A stretch of 64,000 nucleotides of DNA, from NCBI GenBank assembly GCA_905178155.1, contig CAJINV010000004.1, positions 5,330,258 to 5,394,257 of the forward strand, in the 5' to 3' direction. Position 1 is the stretch's first letter. Every line of letters begins with the position of its first letter. The DNA is from Amoebophrya sp. A120. Its lineage: Eukaryota; Protista; Dinoflagellata. A model generated the notes under the pieces. It made no database searches and was not told where the DNA came from. It was given only the letters and a program-made list of their open reading frames with translations. A program made the translations under genes and the position numbers. This document shows, piece after piece, positions 60,201-64,000 of this stretch.

Positions 60201-61607
60201 AAATTGCACCCCTCTTGCTGGTCATGCAACACAAATTTTTTTAGACTCCAAAAACTGCATGACAAATTGCATTCTTCCAGACCCAGACATTTTTGCATGT
60301 GATACATTCCTTTCCAAAGCGAATGTGGTCTTCAAGTCCTTGGGGACATTGGACAGGGGTTGCGTGCAGCCGGATCTGAAAAAACTGCAGGTGCGGTTAG
60401 AGCTGCCGTCGATGCTCTCAATGGTAAAGTGCGTACAGTTATCAACCGCAGAAATGTCTGGTGTTTTGTCTGGAAACAAGACCTTGGTACAGCACGGGGA
60501 AGAGAACGACTTGAACTTTCTGGAACAGCACGGGGAAGAGCAGAAATGTCTGGGTCTAGAAGAATGCAAGTTTGTCATGCTTTTCTCACATGGCTCTTAA
60601 ATTTGTCATGCACATTACCCAAGAGCCCCACTTTTCTGTCATGCAGAAACGCAGTTTGTCATGCAGAATAGGCAACAACTAGAAGCTCCGAAACTTGTCA
60701 TGCTGAGCCAGCACTTGTGGCCTCGCTCCTCATGATACGCCACCCAGCATCGCAAGTTTCCAGACATCCAGGGATATTCGCATTTGATAACAGTCCGGGG
60801 CGTAGTCCCCGGTTCGGCACTCTTCGTCGCAGGAGGGAATGGTGTTCGCGGAGCTGGCATCACAAGGAAAAATCCCCCCTCCCCATATTGCGCGTCACGT
60901 CTTCGAAAATTTGCGTTGCTGATTTGTGACCACAAATCGCGTCTGTCTTGCAAGAAGGCAACTCCACAGTCTCCGCCGCATTTTGCAGGCGTTTTGTCAT
61001 GCTGTTGGGCGTACAGTGCGGACGTTCTTCATGCTAAGCACCTATGCCACAGCCGCTCCGCTCAGGCTTGCTATGGGTCTGCAGTCCACCTCTCCAGCAA
61101 GACAAATCTGATTTGTGTGTGCAAATCCAGCATCAGAAACTTCGTTTCGATATGGGAGGGATGTTTTTTTCACTTTGATAACTGGGGGCTGTGGAATTCC
61201 CCAGCAGGAACTCGTCCCCGCAGAACCCCCCGCCCCACTCCGCGGGACAGACTATGCATTGCAAATATGTCTTGGTCTGGATGAGCGCGGACCTTGTCAT
61301 AATGTTTTTGCATGACCCAGAAGGAAGCTCCGGCACGCAAGCCGTCGCATCACAGGTTTTCGGGAGGTTTTCAAGCAGTTCGTATCTCGCGTGAGAAATC
61401 CCGGATTTTCCTGACGACGAGCACGCTACTTTTACTGTCCATGCATGACAGATTTTCGTCTGATCCGAAATGCGCAGCACGAGTTGCGTCCTTCCAGACC
61501 CAGACATATTTGCACTGGATACAGACCGGCACCCGCAGGTTCGCGATGCTCCCCGCCGTCGCGACAACGCGGCTCACCGTCGCAGCCCGGTAATCCAAGT
61601 GGACCAT
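54254..61607 (-). CDS. Gene 4: ~1011-aa shorter paralog (PAN-like repeats, Cys module, galactose-binding-like domain); 17 introner introns
   Basis: MVHLDYRAATVSR at 61607, ends FCGIHFYQGADPDVLL* at 54254. Removing 17 elements (+5 bp each) leaves 3036 nt (1012 codons). NDRIYSVQECRYLC and LLRPENDFSS match gene 1. Confidence 0.75.
54319..54597. mobile_element. Introner B8
   Basis: B TIR (left end GAT); DR TGTCA. Confidence 0.9.
54676..54926. mobile_element. Introner A30
   Basis: A TIR; DR ATCTC. Confidence 0.9.
54997..55261. mobile_element. Introner F4
   Basis: F TIR; DR GTTCC/TTTTC. Confidence 0.8.
55321..55485. mobile_element. Introner J4
   Basis: J TIR; DR AGCGT/AACGT. Confidence 0.85.
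56099..56350. mobile_element. Introner A31
   Basis: A TIR; DR GCTGT. Confidence 0.9.
56564..56783. mobile_element. Introner E6 (right end matches exon sequence)
   Basis: E TIR; DR CGTCA extended to 20 bp. Confidence 0.85.
56861..57103. mobile_element. Introner A32
   Basis: A TIR; DR GTTGC. Confidence 0.9.
57168..57376. mobile_element. Introner F5
   Basis: F TIR; DR CGCAG/CGTAG. Confidence 0.85.
58267..58545. mobile_element. Introner B9
   Basis: B TIR; DR CGAAA. Confidence 0.9.
58661..58830. mobile_element. Introner F6
   Basis: Degenerate F TIR; DR CGTCT/CGCTT. Confidence 0.75.
59036..59259. mobile_element. Introner F7
   Basis: F TIR (left end TGT); DR CGTGC. Confidence 0.85.
59419..59681. 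mobile_element. Introner A33
   Basis: A TIR; DR AGGGA. Confidence 0.9.
59751..59959. mobile_element. Introner A34
   Basis: Degenerate A TIR; DR CCGGC/CCGGT. Confidence 0.85.
60043..60304. mobile_element. Introner A35
   Basis: Close copy of A26; DR decayed (GACCC/CATTC). Confidence 0.85.
60440..60789. mobile_element. Introner A36
   Basis: A TIR with internal filler; DR ACAGT. Confidence 0.85.
60858..61180. mobile_element. Introner C5
   Basis: C TIR (left end CAT); DR GCTGG/ACTGG. Confidence 0.85.
61253..61521. mobile_element. Introner A37
   Basis: A TIR; DR CAGAC. Confidence 0.9.
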
Positions 61608-61630
61608 GGTCAGCGGAAGCGGAGGAGGAG

Positions 61631-61909
61631 TATCCTGAGTAAAAACGTACCCACACCAGAGTCAGGATGGGGATTTTGCAACACAAACCTAGGAGTTTTG
61701 TGAGCCACGCATGACAGATTGCACTCTGCAGTGTAGTGCAGGTTAGCAAGTGCAGCCGCGTCACAGATTCGTCTGCTCATCCTGTTCACAGCATCACAAA
61801 TTCCAAAACACAATTGGAAATGGCTCTCATGGGGATGCGCATTACAAGTCTTCCTGTCTTTGCAAATCTGCATTACAACTCTGGTGTGGGGACGTTTTTA
61901 CTCAGGATA
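61631..61909. mobile_element. Introner B10 (probable 5' UTR of gene 4)
   Basis: B TIR; DR AGGAG; near-identical to B8. Confidence 0.9.
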
Positions 61910-62520
61910 AGGAGCGCGGGAGGCTCATCCTGGAGAAAAAAGAAAACGAGTACTCGCTGTGCTCATCACCTGCTTAGAAAAATGGTCCATCTGGAGGACA
62001 ATTTGCATTTTTGGAATCGAATTGAAAGACAATTGAATGGTGTAGCATATTCAAAAATTTACGTCCCGGGAAGATGTGCTTCCACTTCAATCCCGCCAAT
62101 GAAGAGAGGATATAGGAGTTTGGAGTGACGCTGACTGGCCGCACAGTAACACAAAGTATCCGGTCTCTCATATCGCTCGAATTCGGCGAAGCTACTACTT
62201 ACACTGCAGCCGCGGAATTCTACTTTTTGCGCTCAACATCTTGAAAGACCTTGCTCTCGTTCGCTTCCAGTACGGAGGACAGATGACTGGGATTTAGATT
62301 TTTTACCCTATTAAAAATTTTGACGAAAACCAGACCGGTGCAGCGGCCACAAGAACCTCGGCTAGAGGTAGAGCCATGATATAATTACACGGACCTGGTA
62401 TAACAGGGATGATCGTGACACAATCAATCTAGGACAGCGTCTTTGAAAAACTGTGTGTCACACAGTGTGAAGTGACAAGGTTTTTTTCTCGGAAACCTCC
62501 AAAAACTTACACGCTTGTAT

Positions 62521-64000
62521 TTAAATTCTGACTTGCCTTGGCGCGCCGAGCGGGCCGCCTCCACTGCCGGCGTTGCCTTCCATGACGCCGTTGCGGATTT
62601 GGTCAGCGATGCTGGTCATCCCCGCGGGCCCGTGGGGCATGAAAATCGTCGTTGCGGTCCCCTGGGCCATCTTTTCGAGCGTGTCGAAAAACTTATCCAC
62701 TGCAATTATGTCTGGGCCAGGGAGATTGCCAGATTTGTCATGCTAGTCTGGCATGACTCTGGAATCTGTATTGCGTGGCAGCCCGCAGTTTGTTCTCATG
62801 CGAAATATAATGCCAACACAGAACCATGAACAAAGTTGTGATGCTTGGTGGCGCCTTACAGTGCGTTTATCATTCAGTGACTTGCACCACAACTTTCCAG
62901 ACCCAGATATATTTGCATTTGATAAAACTGGGTGAGCAGCAGGAGCTCGGTGACTTTCTCCGGACTCGCGTGGCCGTCCTGAAGCAGTGTCCTGAGTAAA
63001 AACGTCCCCGCCCCAGAGTCAAGAAGATGGAGATTTTGCAACACAAACCTAGAAGCTTTGTTAGTCACGCATGACAAGTTGCAGCGCGTAGTGTAGTGCA
63101 GGTTACCAAGGACAGCCGCATTACAAATCCAATTGTCTTGTTTTACAGCATTACAAATTCCAAAACACGATTGGAAATGCCTGTCATGGCGCTGCGCTTG
63201 TCATTGCAAATCTGCATGACAACTCTGGGGTGGGACCGTTTTTACACGGGATAAGCAGCAGAGATGCTTTCAGCCCCTCCACGATGGCGGCCCGCTGCTT
63301 GGCTATACCCTGCCCCTGCAAAAACTTGGACTCCGCCTCCGCTTCCGCGGCTTTCACCTGGGGGTGATACAACACGTCGGGGAGGCACAGCTAGTACCAG
63401 AATGAAGGACTAGGACGACGACATTGTTATTTATAACAAGGACCATGTTGCGTCACTTTTCCATCTTCTCTTTTTTAAACGAAGGCAAAACAGATGAAAA
63501 CCACGTACTTCTAATCAATACTTGTATGATCTTATCCGCCTCTGCCTTGTCCGCGGCCGCGAGCCTGAGCCGCTTATTCGCGTTGATTTGGTTCATGGCG
63601 TCCTTCACCTTTCCGTCTGGATTCACGTCGACCACGAGAGCGGAGTGGATCTGAAACCCGAACTCGGTCATTTTCGACTCCAAGTCCTGCTGCACCTGCA
63701 CGGCCAGTTCGTCCTTCGCGGCAAAAACTTCATCCAACGTCATTTTCGGGACGCAGGACCGGATGTATGGATTGCAAATATGTCTGGGTCTGGAAACTTG
63801 TAATGCTAAAAGTGAATGATAGGCGCGCCACAATACGCAGCTATGCATGACAAATTTTGTGGCTGCCATGTCTTACGTACTCCGCATGATAAACTGCCTT
63901 TTCGCATGACAGATAGGAGGGCTCTTTCTTGCCTATGCAACACAGATTCTCGAGTCATGCCAGACTAGCATGACAAACTTGCATTCTTCCAGACCCAGAC
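62521..64000 (-). CDS. Gene 5 (5'-partial): SPFH/band-7 domain protein, HIR-like
   Basis: Spliced peptide [21 protein letters not shown]...[26 protein letters not shown]|[29 protein letters not shown]...[14 protein letters not shown]; TAA at 62521. Confidence 0.9.
62694..62924. mobile_element. Introner A38
   Basis: A TIR; DR AAACT; removal restores TQFFDTL. Confidence 0.9.
62988..63253. mobile_element. Introner B11
   Basis: B TIR (left end TGT); DR AGCAG. Confidence 0.9.
63358..63521 (-). other. Canonical GT-AG intron in gene 5
   Basis: CAA|GTATTG...CCCCCAG|GTG restores KIIQVKAAE. Confidence 0.9.
63766..64000. mobile_element. Introner A39 (runs off window)
   Basis: A TIR; close copy of A2/A5. 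Confidence 0.9.

Noticed and set aside
94-63803. Many short ORFs with KCKNVWVWK, FQTQTFLHLI, MSGSG or GVGTFLLRI peptides
   Set aside because: These are translations of TIRs in various frames, not proteins.
75-64000. Tc1/mariner MITEs with a TA target duplication
   Set aside because: A 5-bp DR lies outside the TA ends, so TA belongs to the TIR; removing the element plus 5 bp reproduces the paralog peptides.

Overview
Eukaryotic genomic DNA; the intron architecture resembles that described for the parasitic dinoflagellate Amoebophrya (inference). All genes are on the minus strand: four tandem paralogous genes for large Cys-rich, lectin/PAN-like multidomain proteins, plus the 3' part of an SPFH/band-7 (HIR-like) gene. 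I count about 82 short (145-350 bp) inverted-repeat elements of about 10 families in and around these genes, roughly a third of the window. Nearly all have TAT...ATA ends and a 5-bp direct repeat (DR), and share an internal GCAT(G/C/T)ACA motif. Removing each element plus one DR copy restores the reading frame at the junctions I checked and matches the paralogs, with no AG acceptor. They therefore behave as non-canonical, orientation-independent introns (introners). Diverged DRs suggest the junction lies after DR base 4, so introns start N-TA (G-enriched) and end with arbitrary bases. A decayed 10-kb Copia retrotransposon sits in a coding exon with the same geometry and may itself be spliced out. 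Further insertions: a satellite-rich insert in one LTR, a palindrome-rich insert with a 38-bp duplication, an asymmetric-IR element and a non-LTR-type insert. Coordinates and counts were read by eye.
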